64,000 nucleotides of DNA from an uncultured Chloroflexia bacterium (GCA_963825525.1 CAWGTN010000001.1:225787-289786); one strand, 5' to 3'; positions 51,355 through 61,517 are shown, counted from the stretch's first letter. Numbers and translations are program-made. Notes: a model not told the origin generated them from the sequence alone.

Positions 51355-51984
51355 ATGACAAACCGCCACGCCCATCGAGCGGCACAGGTGCCAGTGGAAC
51401 CTCAAGAGACGGATAACCTCGTCGAGCGGATGCAGGATGGGGACCTCGACGCGTTCGAGGAATTCTTCACGACGTTCAAGCGCCCGGTCTACGCGACGGC
51501 GCTTGCCATCACGCGCGACCCGTTCCTGGCCGAGGAGGTCCTCCAGGACTGCTTCGTGAAGGCGTACCGGGTCCGCGAGCGGCTGGACCCCGCCCGCTCA
51601 CCGCTGCCGTGGCTCCAGCGCGTGACGATCAACCTGTGCTACAGCCGGGTGAGCCGCCGAAAGAGCCTTGCCGAACCACTGACCAGCCTCATCACGAACC
51701 TGGTGGTCGACCTTGCCGCACGACCCGACCAGGTGGTCGAGAGCCGCGAGGTGCTGGAGGTTCTGCAACGAGGGATCGACTCGCTGCCGCCGAAGCAGCA
51801 GACCGCGGTGATCCTCTACTACCTGCATGGCTACTCGTTGGCCGAGGCGGCCGAGATCGCCGACTGCAACGTCGGCACCATGAAGTCGAGGCTGCACTAC
51901 GCCCTCAAGGCGCTGCGCGTGCGGCTACCGGTCGAGCGCAGGCTGCCCGTCGGGACCGTCGCCGCCGTCAGGGTGTCGCGATGA
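51355..51984 (+). CDS. ECF-family RNA polymerase sigma factor
   Basis: GDLDAFEEF, AEEVLQDCFVKAY, WLQRV..N, region 4 YSLAEAAEI..NVGTMKSRL. True start may be the GTG near 51388. Confidence 0.92.
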   Translation: MTNRHAHRAAQVPVEPQETDNLVERMQDGDLDAFEEFFTTFKRPVYATALAITRDPFLAEEVLQDCFVKAYRVRERLDPARSPLPWLQRVTINLCYSRVSRRKSLAEPLTSLITNLVVDLAARPDQVVESREVLEVLQRGIDSLPPKQQTAVILYYLHGYSLAEAAEIADCNVGTMKSRLHYALKALRVRLPVERRLPVGTVAAVRVSR

Positions 51985-52724
51985 GGTGCCGGCGGATCTG
52001 CCGCGAGCTGCTGTGGCTGGCTCGGTTCGGGGAGTTCGGTCCGAGCTCGGCCCCGCACCTGGACCACCTTGCCGACTGCGGCCACTGCCGAGACGAGGTG
52101 GGGTTCGACCGTGCGCTCGTGCAGCAGCTGCGGATCGCGCTCGCCGCGCGGATCGCCGAGGAAGAGCCCAGCCCCCGGGCGTGGGAGGCGATTCTCGCGC
52201 GGGCGCAGGCGCCGGATCGGGGCATCTGGGCGTCGATCCAGCGTCATGTCAACGGCCTCGCGCTCAAGCTCAGAACGGCGACGGCCGTCACCGCCATGGC
52301 ACTCGCCGGCATCATCGCAAGCTCGACTCACATCGCCATCACCCATCCCGAGGCCGGTTCGGCGGAGACCGAGGTCATGCCGAGCGCGGCGGGCGAGCTG
52401 TATGAACGGCAGGCACTCGTGCCCCGTCCGCCCTCGGGCCTGGCGTCGCGGGTACCGGTCACCTATGTCGTCACCAGTGTCCCGACGGATCCGGAGGCGG
52501 CCTTCCTGGTCACGGCCTCGCTGGCCAGTCCGGGTGCGTTGGCCGCGAGCAGCCTGGTCGGTTCGGATGAGATCGGCTCGGAGACCGGCATTCTCACCGA
52601 TATCACGCTCGGTCAGCACGCCAGCCGCCAGAGCCCGGTCGATCCGGTCGGTGCTGGACGAGATACCTCGGCGGGTCGATCGGCGGATGCCGGCGTCACA
52701 ACGGCGGCCGGTGAGCCCTTCTAA
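51981..52724 (+). CDS. Zinc-binding anti-sigma factor (ZAS)
   Basis: ATG overlaps the sigma stop; N-terminal Cys plus HLADCGHC (HxxxCxxC); putative TM; low-complexity tail. Confidence 0.8.
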   Translation: MRCRRICRELLWLARFGEFGPSSAPHLDHLADCGHCRDEVGFDRALVQQLRIALAARIAEEEPSPRAWEAILARAQAPDRGIWASIQRHVNGLALKLRTATAVTAMALAGIIASSTHIAITHPEAGSAETEVMPSAAGELYERQALVPRPPSGLASRVPVTYVVTSVPTDPEAAFLVTASLASPGALAASSLVGSDEIGSETGILTDITLGQHASRQSPVDPVGAGRDTSAGRSADAGVTTAAGEPF

Positions 52725-52871
52725 CCGATGCGGGAGTGTGCAAGACTAGCGAGCCCCTGAATATCAGCACCTGCGCGCAGGGCTGAGCCGCGGATGACCT
52801 GAGCGGTGGATGTCATCACGGAGCGGAACAAGACACCGAGCAACTGATCACCACATTGTGGAGGAGAGTGG

Positions 52872-54614
52872 ATGCGAACCTGGAGATGGGTCCCGGTCCT
52901 CGCCACGCTCGTGCTTGTGCTCGCGGCGTGCGGGCAGCAGCAGGGCGAGAGCGCGAGCCCGAGCTCAACCGAAGGCGGATCGCCGACGGTCGCGCCGTCA
53001 GACGGCGGGACGTTCGAAGGCCTGGCATATCCGGAGGACGGTGCCGCTGAGTGCGAAGCCGACAACAACCCGACCAATATCAGCTCGATTGTCGCCGAGG
53101 ATGCGCAGACCGTGGTCTTCACGCTCTGCACCCCGGACGTCGCATTCCTGTCGAAGATTGCCTTCAGCTCGTTTGCGATCGATGACACGGCGTATCTCGA
53201 GGCGCATGCCGCGGACGGTTCGATCGTCGACCAGCCGAACGGCACGGGCCCGCTCAAGCTCGATGCGTGGAACCGCGGTTCCGACATCACGCTGAGCCGC
53301 TTCGATGACTACTGGGGCGATCCGTCGGTTGCCTCGAGCGTCATCTTCCGATGGAGCGCAGAGGCCGCACAGCGGCTCGTCGAGCTCCAGGCCGGAACGG
53401 TCGACGGCATTGACAATCCCGGTGCCGATGACTTCCAGACCATCGAGGACGACGCGAACCTCGCGCTTTATCCGCGCGAGGGCCTGAACGTCCTGTACTT
53501 CGGGTTCAACAACAATCCGAAGACCGAGGGCTTCGACAACTCGGCCAACCCGCTCGCCAACGAAGAGGTGCGCCAGGCAATTGCCATGGGCATCGATCGC
53601 GAGCGGATTCTCAACAGCTTCTACCCGCCAGGGTCGGAAGTTGCCACCCACTTCACGCCGTGCGCCATCCCATTCGGATGCGAGGGCGAGGAGTGGTACG
53701 AGTTCGACCAGCAGGCAGCGATCGACATGCTCGCTGATGCCGGTTACCCCGACGGCTTCGAGACGACGATCCACCTTCGCGACGTGGTGCGCGGCTACCT
53801 GCCGGCCCCGCAGCAGGTGGCGGCCGACCTCCAGGCGCAGCTCGCTGACCTGGGGATCACCGCATCGATCGACGTCCAGGAGTCGACCACGTTCATCGAC
53901 AACGCGGACCTCGGCGTCCTCGAGGGGATTCACCTCCTCGGCTGGGGTGCCGACTATCCGGACACCACGAACTTCCTCGACTTCCACTTCGGTGGTGGAG
54001 CGTCCGACCAGTTCGGCGACAAGTTCGACGACATCACCGCGGCATTGGCCGAGGGTGCGTCGAGCGCCGAGGATGCAGATCGCGCGGCCGCCTACGAGAC
54101 GGCCAACAACGCCATCAAGCAGCACGTCCCGATGATTCCGGTCGTGCATGGTGGATCGGGCGTTGCGTTCCAGGCTGACAACGACGGCGCACACTCGTCG
54201 CCGCTCAGCAACGAGAACATGGCGGTCATCAGCCCCGGATCCGACGATCAGCTGGTCTGGATGCAGAACGGCGAGCCGGGTGGCCTCTACTGCGCCGACG
54301 AGTCGGACGGCGAGGCGCTTCGGGTCTGCGAGCAGATCAAGCAGTCGCTGTACTCGTACGAGGTCGGTGGGACTGCCACCGAGCCGGCGCTGGCCGAGGA
54401 ATGCGCGCCGAACGACGATCTGACCGTGTGGACCTGCTCCCTCCGCGAGGGCGTCCAGTTCCACGACGGATCGACGTTCGATGCCAACGACGTTGTCCTG
54501 AGCTACGCCGTGCAGTGGGATGCGGATCATCCCCTCCATGTCGGTCGCGACGGCAGCTTCACGTACTTCTCCGCCCTGTGGGGTGGATTCCTGAACCCGC
54601 CGCCGGCCGAATAG
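52872..54614 (+). CDS. Peptide ABC transporter substrate-binding lipoprotein (family 5, DppA-like), apparently circularly permuted
   Basis: GGAGGAG RBS, lipobox LAAC, PNGTGP..W, DYWG, VRQAIAMGIDR; the LREGVQFHDG signature lies at the C-terminus. Confidence 0.92.
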   Translation: MRTWRWVPVLATLVLVLAACGQQQGESASPSSTEGGSPTVAPSDGGTFEGLAYPEDGAAECEADNNPTNISSIVAEDAQTVVFTLCTPDVAFLSKIAFSSFAIDDTAYLEAHAADGSIVDQPNGTGPLKLDAWNRGSDITLSRFDDYWGDPSVASSVIFRWSAEAAQRLVELQAGTVDGIDNPGADDFQTIEDDANLALYPREGLNVLYFGFNNNPKTEGFDNSANPLANEEVRQAIAMGIDRERILNSFYPPGSEVATHFTPCAIPFGCEGEEWYEFDQQAAIDMLADAGYPDGFETTIHLRDVVRGYLPAPQQVAADLQAQLADLGITASIDVQESTTFIDNADLGVLEGIHLLGWGADYPDTTNFLDFHFGGGASDQFGDKFDDITAALAEGASSAEDADRAAAYETANNAIKQHVPMIPVVHGGSGVAFQADNDGAHSSPLSNENMAVISPGSDDQLVWMQNGEPGGLYCADESDGEALRVCEQIKQSLYSYEVGGTATEPALAEECAPNDDLTVWTCSLREGVQFHDGSTFDANDVVLSYAVQWDADHPLHVGRDGSFTYFSALWGGFLNPPPAE

Positions 54615-54634
54615 GCTGACGACGGTCGACCGAC

Positions 54635-54670
54635 GCGAAGGGGCGCCGCCCACGGGCGGCGCCCCTTCGC
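54635..54670 (+). terminator. Perfect 17-bp inverted repeat after the SBP gene (terminator or mRNA stabiliser)
   Basis: GCGAAGGGGCGCCGCCC-AC-GGGCGGCGCCCCTTCGC. Confidence 0.7.
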
Positions 54671-54699
54671 TATTCCCGACCGCTAGGATGTCGCCCTAG

Positions 54700-55776
54700 A
54701 TGCTCCAGTTCGTCCTTCGTCGACTCCTCCTCGCCATTCCCGTGCTGTTCGGGATCGTGTTCCTGGTCTTCGCCATGGCACGGCTGCTTCCGGGCGATCC
54801 CTGCATCGCCGCGCTCCAGGAGCGTGCCACCGAGGCCGCGTGTGCGGCGTTCAACCAGCGCTACGGGCTCGATCAGCCGCTTCCGCTGCAGTTCGCCACG
54901 TACCTGGGCCAGCTGGCGACCGGCGACCTCGGCAACTCGATCCGCCAGGGCCGTCCGGTGGCCACCATCCTCGTCGAGCGCATGCCGGTCACGCTGGAGC
55001 TGACCCTGTTCGCCCTGACCTTCGCCGTGATTGTCGGCGTGACCCTTGGCCGCCTTGCCGCTCGCCGCCGCAACTCTCCGCTGGACGTCGCGACCATGTT
55101 CTTCGCGAACCTGGGCGTCTCGATCCCGGTCTTCGTCCTCGGGCTGCTGTTCGCCTACGTGTTTGCCGTCACGTTGCGCGGGACCCCATTCGCGCTGCCT
55201 CCGTCCGGTCTGCTGTCGGCCGGTGTGCAGCACCAACCCCTTGCAGTGGCCTGGGGGATCCCGGACCTCGACGGCTTCCCGCGTGCACTGCTCGACTTCG
55301 TCTCGAACATGCGGATCACGTCGTCGCTCATCTCCGGGCAGTGGGAGCCGTTCGTGGACGGCCTGCGGCACATGATTCTGCCCATGGTGGCGCTCGGAAC
55401 GATTCCGACCGCGATCATCGCCCGGATGACGCGGTCGAGCATGCTGGACGTCCTCGGCCTGGACTACGTCAGGACCGCCCGCGCCAAGGGCGCATCTGAG
55501 CGGATCGTCAACGGCCGGCACGCGTTCCGCAACGCGGTGCTGCCGGTGGTGACGGTCATCGGCCTCTCGCTGGGAGCGTTGCTGTCGGGCGCCGTGCTCA
55601 CCGAGACGATCTTCCTGCTGCCGGGGATGGGCCGAACCCTGTTCGAGGCGATCACCGGCCGGGACTACATCGTCATCCAGGCCTTCACCATGGTGATCGC
55701 GGTCCTGTACGTCGTGATCAATCTCATCGTCGATGTCTCGTACGCGTACCTCGACCCGCGGATCCGGCTGCGATGA
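54700..55776 (+). CDS. Peptide ABC transporter permease (DppB/OppB)
   Basis: GLDQPL..Q, GDLGNS, DYVRTARAKG, HAFRNA, DPRIR. Confidence 0.93.
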   Translation: MLQFVLRRLLLAIPVLFGIVFLVFAMARLLPGDPCIAALQERATEAACAAFNQRYGLDQPLPLQFATYLGQLATGDLGNSIRQGRPVATILVERMPVTLELTLFALTFAVIVGVTLGRLAARRRNSPLDVATMFFANLGVSIPVFVLGLLFAYVFAVTLRGTPFALPPSGLLSAGVQHQPLAVAWGIPDLDGFPRALLDFVSNMRITSSLISGQWEPFVDGLRHMILPMVALGTIPTAIIARMTRSSMLDVLGLDYVRTARAKGASERIVNGRHAFRNAVLPVVTVIGLSLGALLSGAVLTETIFLLPGMGRTLFEAITGRDYIVIQAFTMVIAVLYVVINLIVDVSYAYLDPRIRLR

Positions 55777-56720
55777 CCGCCACCAGCAGCGCGGTGCGTG
55801 CCGTGCCGCCCGCCACAAGCCTGTGGCGCGACACGCTGAGCCAGATCCTGCGCCAGAGGTCCGCTGTCATCGGGCTCAGCCTGCTCGCGATCATTCTGCT
55901 GGCCGCACTGCTTGCCGACGTCCTGACGCCGTACGGACCGCTCGACCAGCTCTTCGACGTCGAGGGTGCCCAGCGCCTCTCCGGGCCGTGCATCCACGTC
56001 CTCGGCTGCCCGGAGAGCCGGCCGCAGTTCGTCATGGGCCTCGACCAGAACAACCGTGATGTCTTCGCCCGCGTCCTGCACGGCGCCCGCCTCTCGCTCC
56101 AGGTGGGCGTGGTGACGGTGGGGCTGGCCATCGTGGTCGGGACCCTCATCGGCGCCGTGGCGGGCTACTTCCGTGGATGGATCGACAACGTCCTCATGCG
56201 CATCATGGACGTGCTGCTCGCGTTTCCGGCGCTCATCCTGGCCATCTTCCTGACCACGGCCTTCGCCACCCTGGAGCTGCCATTCCTGTCGGACCGCCTG
56301 TTCAATGCGATGCTCGCCATCGGCTTCGTCGCCATTCCGGTCTACGCGCGCGTCATGCGCGCATCGGTGCTGTCGATCCGCGAGCGTGACTTCGTGACCG
56401 CCTCCCGCGCACTGGGTGAGTCGGACCGCGGCATCCTGCTTCGGAGGGTCCTGCCGAATGCGCTGACCCCGCTCATCGTGCAGGGCACGCTCGGCATTGC
56501 GACGGCCATCCTCGAGGTCGCCTCCCTCTCGTTCCTGGGCCTCGGGGCGCCGCCGCCGGTTCCCGAGTGGGGCGCGATGATCGGCGATGTCCGCAACCAG
56601 ATCTTCGCCGCACCGCACCTCATGATCTTCCCCGGCGGCGCACTGGCCCTCAGCGTGCTCGCGTTCAACCTGCTGGGTGACGGCATTCGCGACGCGCTCG
56701 ATCCGAGGCTCAACCGATGA
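55773..56720 (+). CDS. Peptide ABC transporter permease (DppC/OppC)
   Basis: GLDQNNRD..R..HGARLSL, LSFLGLG..PEWG, GDGIRDALDPR. Confidence 0.93.
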   Translation: MTATSSAVRAVPPATSLWRDTLSQILRQRSAVIGLSLLAIILLAALLADVLTPYGPLDQLFDVEGAQRLSGPCIHVLGCPESRPQFVMGLDQNNRDVFARVLHGARLSLQVGVVTVGLAIVVGTLIGAVAGYFRGWIDNVLMRIMDVLLAFPALILAIFLTTAFATLELPFLSDRLFNAMLAIGFVAIPVYARVMRASVLSIRERDFVTASRALGESDRGILLRRVLPNALTPLIVQGTLGIATAILEVASLSFLGLGAPPPVPEWGAMIGDVRNQIFAAPHLMIFPGGALALSVLAFNLLGDGIRDALDPRLNR

Positions 56721-57793
56721 CGATTGCCGACCTGAACGCACCACCGCGCCGCGTGGGTCGGTCCGGGGACCGCCTGTTGGACGTCCGCGGCCTCCAGACG
56801 AGCTTCCACACCACGGATGGCGTCGTGCGTGCCGTGACCGGCCTCGACTTCCACGTCGACCGCGGCGAGGTCATGGGCCTGGTCGGCGAGTCCGGCTGTG
56901 GGAAGAGCGTGACCAGCCTCTCCATCCTGCGGCTCATCTCGCCCCCCGGCCGGATCGAAGCCGGTGAGGTCATCTTCGACGGTCAGGACCTGCTCAAGGT
57001 GCCCGAGGCAGAGATGCGCGCGCTGCGGGGCGACCGGATCAGCATGATCTTCCAGCAGCCCACGAGCAGCCTCAACCCGGTCTACGACGTCGGGATGCAG
57101 CTCGGCGAGGTCCTCGAGATCCATCGGGCGATGAAGCGCAAGGCAGCGCGCGGACGGGCCGAGGAGCTGCTGGCCATGGTCGGCATCCCGGATCCGCACC
57201 GACGCATCGAGGCGTTCCCGCATGAGCTGTCGGGCGGCATGGCGCAGCGCGTCATGATCGCCATGGCGCTGGCCCTTGAGCCGGAGCTCCTGATCGCCGA
57301 TGAGCCGACCACGGCCCTCGACGTCACGATCCAGGCCCAGATCCTGGACCTGATGCGCACGCTCCAGCGGGAGACGAACACCGCCATGATCCTGATCACC
57401 CACGACCTGGGCGTCGTCGCCGAGATGTGCGATCGCGTGGCGGTCATGTACGCCGGCGAGATCGTCGAGCAGACCACGGTCAACGACCTGTTCGAGGACC
57501 CGAAGCATCCATACACGCGCGGCCTGATCGGCTCGGTGCCGGTCCTCGGCGAGGAGAGGGAGAGCCTGGTCACCATCCCGGGCAGCGTCCCGAACCTCAT
57601 CGAGCTGCCGGCCGGATGCCGATTCGCCCCGCGTTGCCAGGCGCGCATCGAACGCAACGTGACGGAGGCGGAGGAGTTCCATCCCGAGCTGCTGCCGGTG
57701 ACCGAGGGCCATGCCGTTCGCTGCTTCATCTACCACGATCGCGACGGCGAGCTCCGCCCCGAGCCGCTCGCCAAGACGGCGGAGGCCGGATGA
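56717..57793 (+). CDS. Peptide ABC transporter ATPase (DppD/OppD)
   Basis: [33 protein letters not shown]. Confidence 0.94.
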   Translation: MTIADLNAPPRRVGRSGDRLLDVRGLQTSFHTTDGVVRAVTGLDFHVDRGEVMGLVGESGCGKSVTSLSILRLISPPGRIEAGEVIFDGQDLLKVPEAEMRALRGDRISMIFQQPTSSLNPVYDVGMQLGEVLEIHRAMKRKAARGRAEELLAMVGIPDPHRRIEAFPHELSGGMAQRVMIAMALALEPELLIADEPTTALDVTIQAQILDLMRTLQRETNTAMILITHDLGVVAEMCDRVAVMYAGEIVEQTTVNDLFEDPKHPYTRGLIGSVPVLGEERESLVTIPGSVPNLIELPAGCRFAPRCQARIERNVTEAEEFHPELLPVTEGHAVRCFIYHDRDGELRPEPLAKTAEAG

Positions 57794-58986
57794 CCACGAA
57801 GGTGGCGCAGAACGGCTCCCCGCTGGTCGAGGTCGAGAACCTCAGCCAGTTCTTCCCGCTCATCGGCGGCGTCCTGCAGCGGACCATCGGCCAGGTCAAG
57901 GCGGTCGATGACGTCAGCTTCACGATCCAGCGCGGCGAGACGTTGGGCCTGGTGGGGGAGTCCGGATGCGGAAAGACGACGGTGGGTCGGACGCTTCTGC
58001 GACTCATCGACCCGACCGGTGGACGGATCACGTTCGACGGGACCGATATCACCGGGCTGTCGGGCCGCAAGCTGGCGCCGTTCCGCCGCCGAATGCAGAT
58101 CATCTTCCAGGACCCGTATGCATCGTTGGATCCGCGGGCCCAGATCGGGAGCAGCATCGCCGAGGGACTGCGCATCCACGGGCTGGGGAACGCCTCCGAA
58201 CGCCGGGCCCGTGTCGCCCGCATCATGGAGCTCGTCGGTCTCCAGCCCTACCATGCCCGGCGCTATCCGCACGAGTTCTCGGGCGGTCAGCGCCAGCGCA
58301 TCGGCATCGCCCGGGCCCTTGTGCTGGAGCCGGACCTCATCGTGTGCGACGAGCCGGTGAGCGCGCTCGACGTCAGCATCCAGGCCCAGGTCCTCAACCT
58401 GCTGCGCGGGCTCCAGGCCGAGTTCGGGCTGACGTACCTGTTCGTGGCGCACAACATGGGCGTGGTCGAGCACATCAGCGACCGGGTGGCGGTCATGTAC
58501 CTGGGCGGCATCGCCGAGCTGGCCGATGCCAAGGAGATGTATCGCACGCCACTCCACCCGTACACGATCGCGCTCCTGTCGGCGGTGCCCGTCTCGTCGC
58601 CGCGTGAGCGCGACAGCCGGCGGCGCATCATCCTGCTGGGCGACGTTCCGTCCCCGGTCAACCCTCCGTCCGGATGCCGATTCCACACGCGATGCTGGCT
58701 GCGGCGACAGCTCGACAACCCCGAGCGCTGCGTGGCGGAGCGGCCCGAGCTGCGCGTCATCGAGGGCTTCGGCAGCCACCAGGTGGCGTGCCACTTCGCC
58801 GAGAACCTCGTGCCCGGGCCGGAACGCGACCGGCTGATCGACGACGCGGCGCGTGCCTCGTCGGCATTGCGGATCGGCGCGGAAGAGGCGACGGGGCCGA
58901 GCGTCGCAACATCCCCGGATCGTGGCGGGCTGTTCGGCGCCCCGGACGGCGAGGTAGCCGGAGAAGAGGGCCAGAGCCGGGTCTGA
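57790..58986 (+). CDS. Peptide ABC transporter ATPase (DppF/OppF)
   Basis: [34 protein letters not shown]. Confidence 0.94.
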   Translation: MTTKVAQNGSPLVEVENLSQFFPLIGGVLQRTIGQVKAVDDVSFTIQRGETLGLVGESGCGKTTVGRTLLRLIDPTGGRITFDGTDITGLSGRKLAPFRRRMQIIFQDPYASLDPRAQIGSSIAEGLRIHGLGNASERRARVARIMELVGLQPYHARRYPHEFSGGQRQRIGIARALVLEPDLIVCDEPVSALDVSIQAQVLNLLRGLQAEFGLTYLFVAHNMGVVEHISDRVAVMYLGGIAELADAKEMYRTPLHPYTIALLSAVPVSSPRERDSRRRIILLGDVPSPVNPPSGCRFHTRCWLRRQLDNPERCVAERPELRVIEGFGSHQVACHFAENLVPGPERDRLIDDAARASSALRIGAEEATGPSVATSPDRGGLFGAPDGEVAGEEGQSRV

Positions 58987-59013
58987 CCGGCGAACCTGCG
59001 TTACGCTGCGCGC

Positions 59014-60807
59014 GTGGAGTACCGAATCGGCCTCGCCCAGGTCGCGCCGCGCCTCGGGGAGGTGGACGCCAACCTCGAGCTCGTGGCCGCGTCGCTGGCG
59101 GTCGCGCAACGCGAGGGTGCGCAGCTCACCGTCTTCCCGGAGCTCGCGCTCACCGGCTACCTGCTCCAGGACCTCGTGCCGGAGGTGGCGATGTCGGCCG
59201 ACGATCCGCGCCTGCTGGCCATCGGCCGCGAGGCGCCCGAGATGCTCGTCGCCATCGGCTTCGTGGAGGAGACCGAGGATCACCGCTACGCGAACAGCGT
59301 GGCACTCCTGCGCGGCGGCGAGCTCATCGGCCTCCATCGCAAGGTCTATCTGCCCACCTACGGCCTGTTCGACGAGGGGCGGTTCACGAGGCCGGGGGAT
59401 CGGGTGCGCACGGTTGAGGCGGGGGACCCGATCGGGCGCATCGGCCTCTCGGTGTGCGAGGACTTCTGGCATGCCAGCCTGCCGATGATCCAGGCGCTCG
59501 ACGGAGCGCAGCTGCTCGTCAACATCGCGGCCGGCCCCTCCCGTGCGCCGGGCAGCGCCGCCGGCCTGGTGGCGATCGGTGGCTGGCACAAGATGCAGGA
59601 GACATACGCGCTGCTGGGGACGGTGCCGATCGCCTTCTGCAACCGGGTCGGGAACGAGGAGGGACTGACATTCTGGGGTGGCTCGCGCGTCCTGGGGCCG
59701 GACGGATCGGTCATCGTCGAGGCGCCGCTGTGGGACGAGGCGTTCGTGGTCGGCACCATCGAGACCGATGACCTGCGCATGCAGCGCTACGGGCTGCCGC
59801 TCCTCGCCGACGAGCGCCTGGAGCTGACGCGCCGCGAGATCGACCGCATCATCGCGCGAGCGCGCGGGGCTGGCGGGGCCCGAAGAGTCGTGAGCGAGTC
59901 CGAGCTTCCGCCGCTTCCCGCCATCGAGCCCGCGCAGGCGGTCGAGGTCATCGTCGGCTTCATCCGGGCCCAACTGGAGCAGACCGGGTTCAAGCGCATC
60001 GTGCTCGGTCTGTCGGGTGGGGTTGATTCCGCGACCGTCGCGTACCTCTGCGCGCGCGCCGTTCCTGCTGAAAACCTGCTCGCGCTGCGCATGCCGTATC
60101 GGACCAGCTCCGATGCCTCGGAGACCGATGCCATGCGCGTGGTTGAGACCCTCGGCTGCCAAACCGAGCGCGTGGACATCACGCCGATGGTCGAGCCGAT
60201 GCTCGAGCTCATCGGTTCGCCCGAGGCCGACGCCGGCGGTGACGAGCTCAACGTGCGGCGCGGGAATGTCATGGCCCGCCAGCGGATGATCGTGGTCTAC
60301 GACCGCTCGGCCGCGTTCGACGCCCTGGTGGCCGGCACGAGCAACAAGACCGAGGCCCTGCTGGGCTACGGCACGCTGCACGGCGACATGGCGGCCGCCT
60401 TCGCGCCGATCGGCGACCTCTACAAGACCCAGCTGCGCGACGTGGCGCGCGAGCTCGGGGTGCCGGACGAGATCCTCGCCAAGCCGCCGTCGGCCGATCT
60501 GTGGCCGGGCCAGACCGATGAGGGGGAGCTGGGCCGTTCGTACGACATGCTCGACCGGACGCTGTTCGCGCTGGTGGATCGGCGCTGGACGGTGGATCGG
60601 TGTGTCGCTGCCGGGCTCGAGCGAGAGCTCGTCGAGTGGGTGGCGCAGCCGGGTGGCCCGCATGGAGTTCAAGCGCCAGCAGCCGCCGGTCGCCAAGGTG
60701 TCGCTGCGGACGCCGGGGATCGACCACCTCTACCCGCGACGCCGGCCGGGATCGCGGCGCGAGACCCGTCCGTCCTGACCGATACGCCGGGCGTAATCGG
60801 GCGGTAA
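59014..60807 (+). CDS. nadE: Glutamine-dependent NAD+ synthetase (nitrilase-type glutaminase plus NadE); probably two genes distorted by frameshifts
   Basis: E-K-C triad (FPEL, HRKVYLP, VCEDFW); GLSGGVDS, GNVMARQRM, GTSNKTE, PSADLWPGQTDE. The conserved-looking C-terminus is in another frame, ending at 60778. Confidence 0.85.
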   Translation: MEYRIGLAQVAPRLGEVDANLELVAASLAVAQREGAQLTVFPELALTGYLLQDLVPEVAMSADDPRLLAIGREAPEMLVAIGFVEETEDHRYANSVALLRGGELIGLHRKVYLPTYGLFDEGRFTRPGDRVRTVEAGDPIGRIGLSVCEDFWHASLPMIQALDGAQLLVNIAAGPSRAPGSAAGLVAIGGWHKMQETYALLGTVPIAFCNRVGNEEGLTFWGGSRVLGPDGSVIVEAPLWDEAFVVGTIETDDLRMQRYGLPLLADERLELTRREIDRIIARARGAGGARRVVSESELPPLPAIEPAQAVEVIVGFIRAQLEQTGFKRIVLGLSGGVDSATVAYLCARAVPAENLLALRMPYRTSSDASETDAMRVVETLGCQTERVDITPMVEPMLELIGSPEADAGGDELNVRRGNVMARQRMIVVYDRSAAFDALVAGTSNKTEALLGYGTLHGDMAAAFAPIGDLYKTQLRDVARELGVPDEILAKPPSADLWPGQTDEGELGRSYDMLDRTLFALVDRRWTVDRCVAAGLERELVEWVAQPGGPHGVQAPAAAGRQGVAADAGDRPPLPATPAGIAARDPSVLTDTPGVIGR

Positions 60808-60882
60808 TCGCGCATCCCTAGCCTTCTCTCGCAAGCGGCCGAACTCGCCCCCGGTGCGCTGTTGATGGAAGGAGCCATCGGT

Positions 60883-61308
60883 ATGAACAAGGTGATGCTC
60901 GTCGGTCGATTGACCCGTGACCCGGAGCTTCGCTCGCTGCCCTCGGGAAAACACGTCGCGACGTTCACGGTCGCCACCAACGAGTACCGCGGTGGGAACG
61001 GTGAGCGGACCGAATACCACCCCTGCGTCGCCTGGGATCGGCTTGCCGAGATCTGCGGCCAGTTCCTGTCCAAGGGCCAGCTGGTCGACGTCGACGGGCG
61101 GCTGCAGACTCGCCAGTGGGACGACGACGCCGGAAAGCGACACTGGAAGACGGAGGTGGTCGTCGGATCGCTCGAGATGCTGTCGGGACGATCGAAGAAG
61201 GAGTACGCCCGGGAAGCGGAGGCCGTGGCCAATGCACCGGATGAATCGGCTCCGGTGGCGGCCAATGGCGCTGCCACCAACGACCTCGAGGCGGCCATCG
61301 CGATGTGA
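60883..61308 (+). CDS. ssb: Single-stranded DNA-binding protein
   Basis: AAGGAG RBS; MNKVMLVGRLTRDPELR, KGQLV.V.GRLQTRQW. Confidence 0.94.
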   Translation: MNKVMLVGRLTRDPELRSLPSGKHVATFTVATNEYRGGNGERTEYHPCVAWDRLAEICGQFLSKGQLVDVDGRLQTRQWDDDAGKRHWKTEVVVGSLEMLSGRSKKEYAREAEAVANAPDESAPVAANGAATNDLEAAIAM

Positions 61309-61314
61309 TCCGTC

Positions 61315-61348
61315 GGGCGGCGGGGCTCGTCCCCCGGTCCCGTCGCCC
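61315..61348 (+). terminator. GC-rich hairpin after ssb
   Basis: GGGCGGCGGG...CCCGTCGCCC; no T tract. Confidence 0.45.
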
Positions 61349-61496
61349 TGCACGCGAATCCGCGAGCTCCGCGTCACCGCCAGCGGTCGCACCCTGTTCT
61401 AGCTGCGCTTCCCGCGACCGCACTCGCTGCTCCAAAGTCTGGTAGCCCCAACGCGGCAAGTACCTGGCAGCAGATGAGCCCGACAGTGAGCCTTCC

Positions 61497-61517
61497 TCAT
61501 ACCCGCCCGACTGGTCT
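61497..61517 (+). repeat. Direct repeat A, copy 1
   Basis: TCATACCCGCCCGACtGGTcT; 15-nt exact and 19/21 match to 63576-63596. Confidence 0.7.

Noticed and set aside
52730-52870. Riboswitch in the leader of the peptide-binding protein gene
   Set aside because: Only a weak AGCCCCTG..CAGGGCT pairing; no known aptamer motif or expression platform was recognised.
60640-60660. Programmed frameshift in nadE
   Set aside because: No slippery heptamer or obvious stimulator; a simple insertion or sequencing error is more parsimonious.
57730-60696. Very long minus-strand ORF (988 aa) and similar antisense ORFs (e.g. 26617-28590, 19483-21156, 13690-15558)
   Set aside because: These are shadow ORFs opposite well-supported genes, expected from high-GC codon bias, and have no recognisable motifs.
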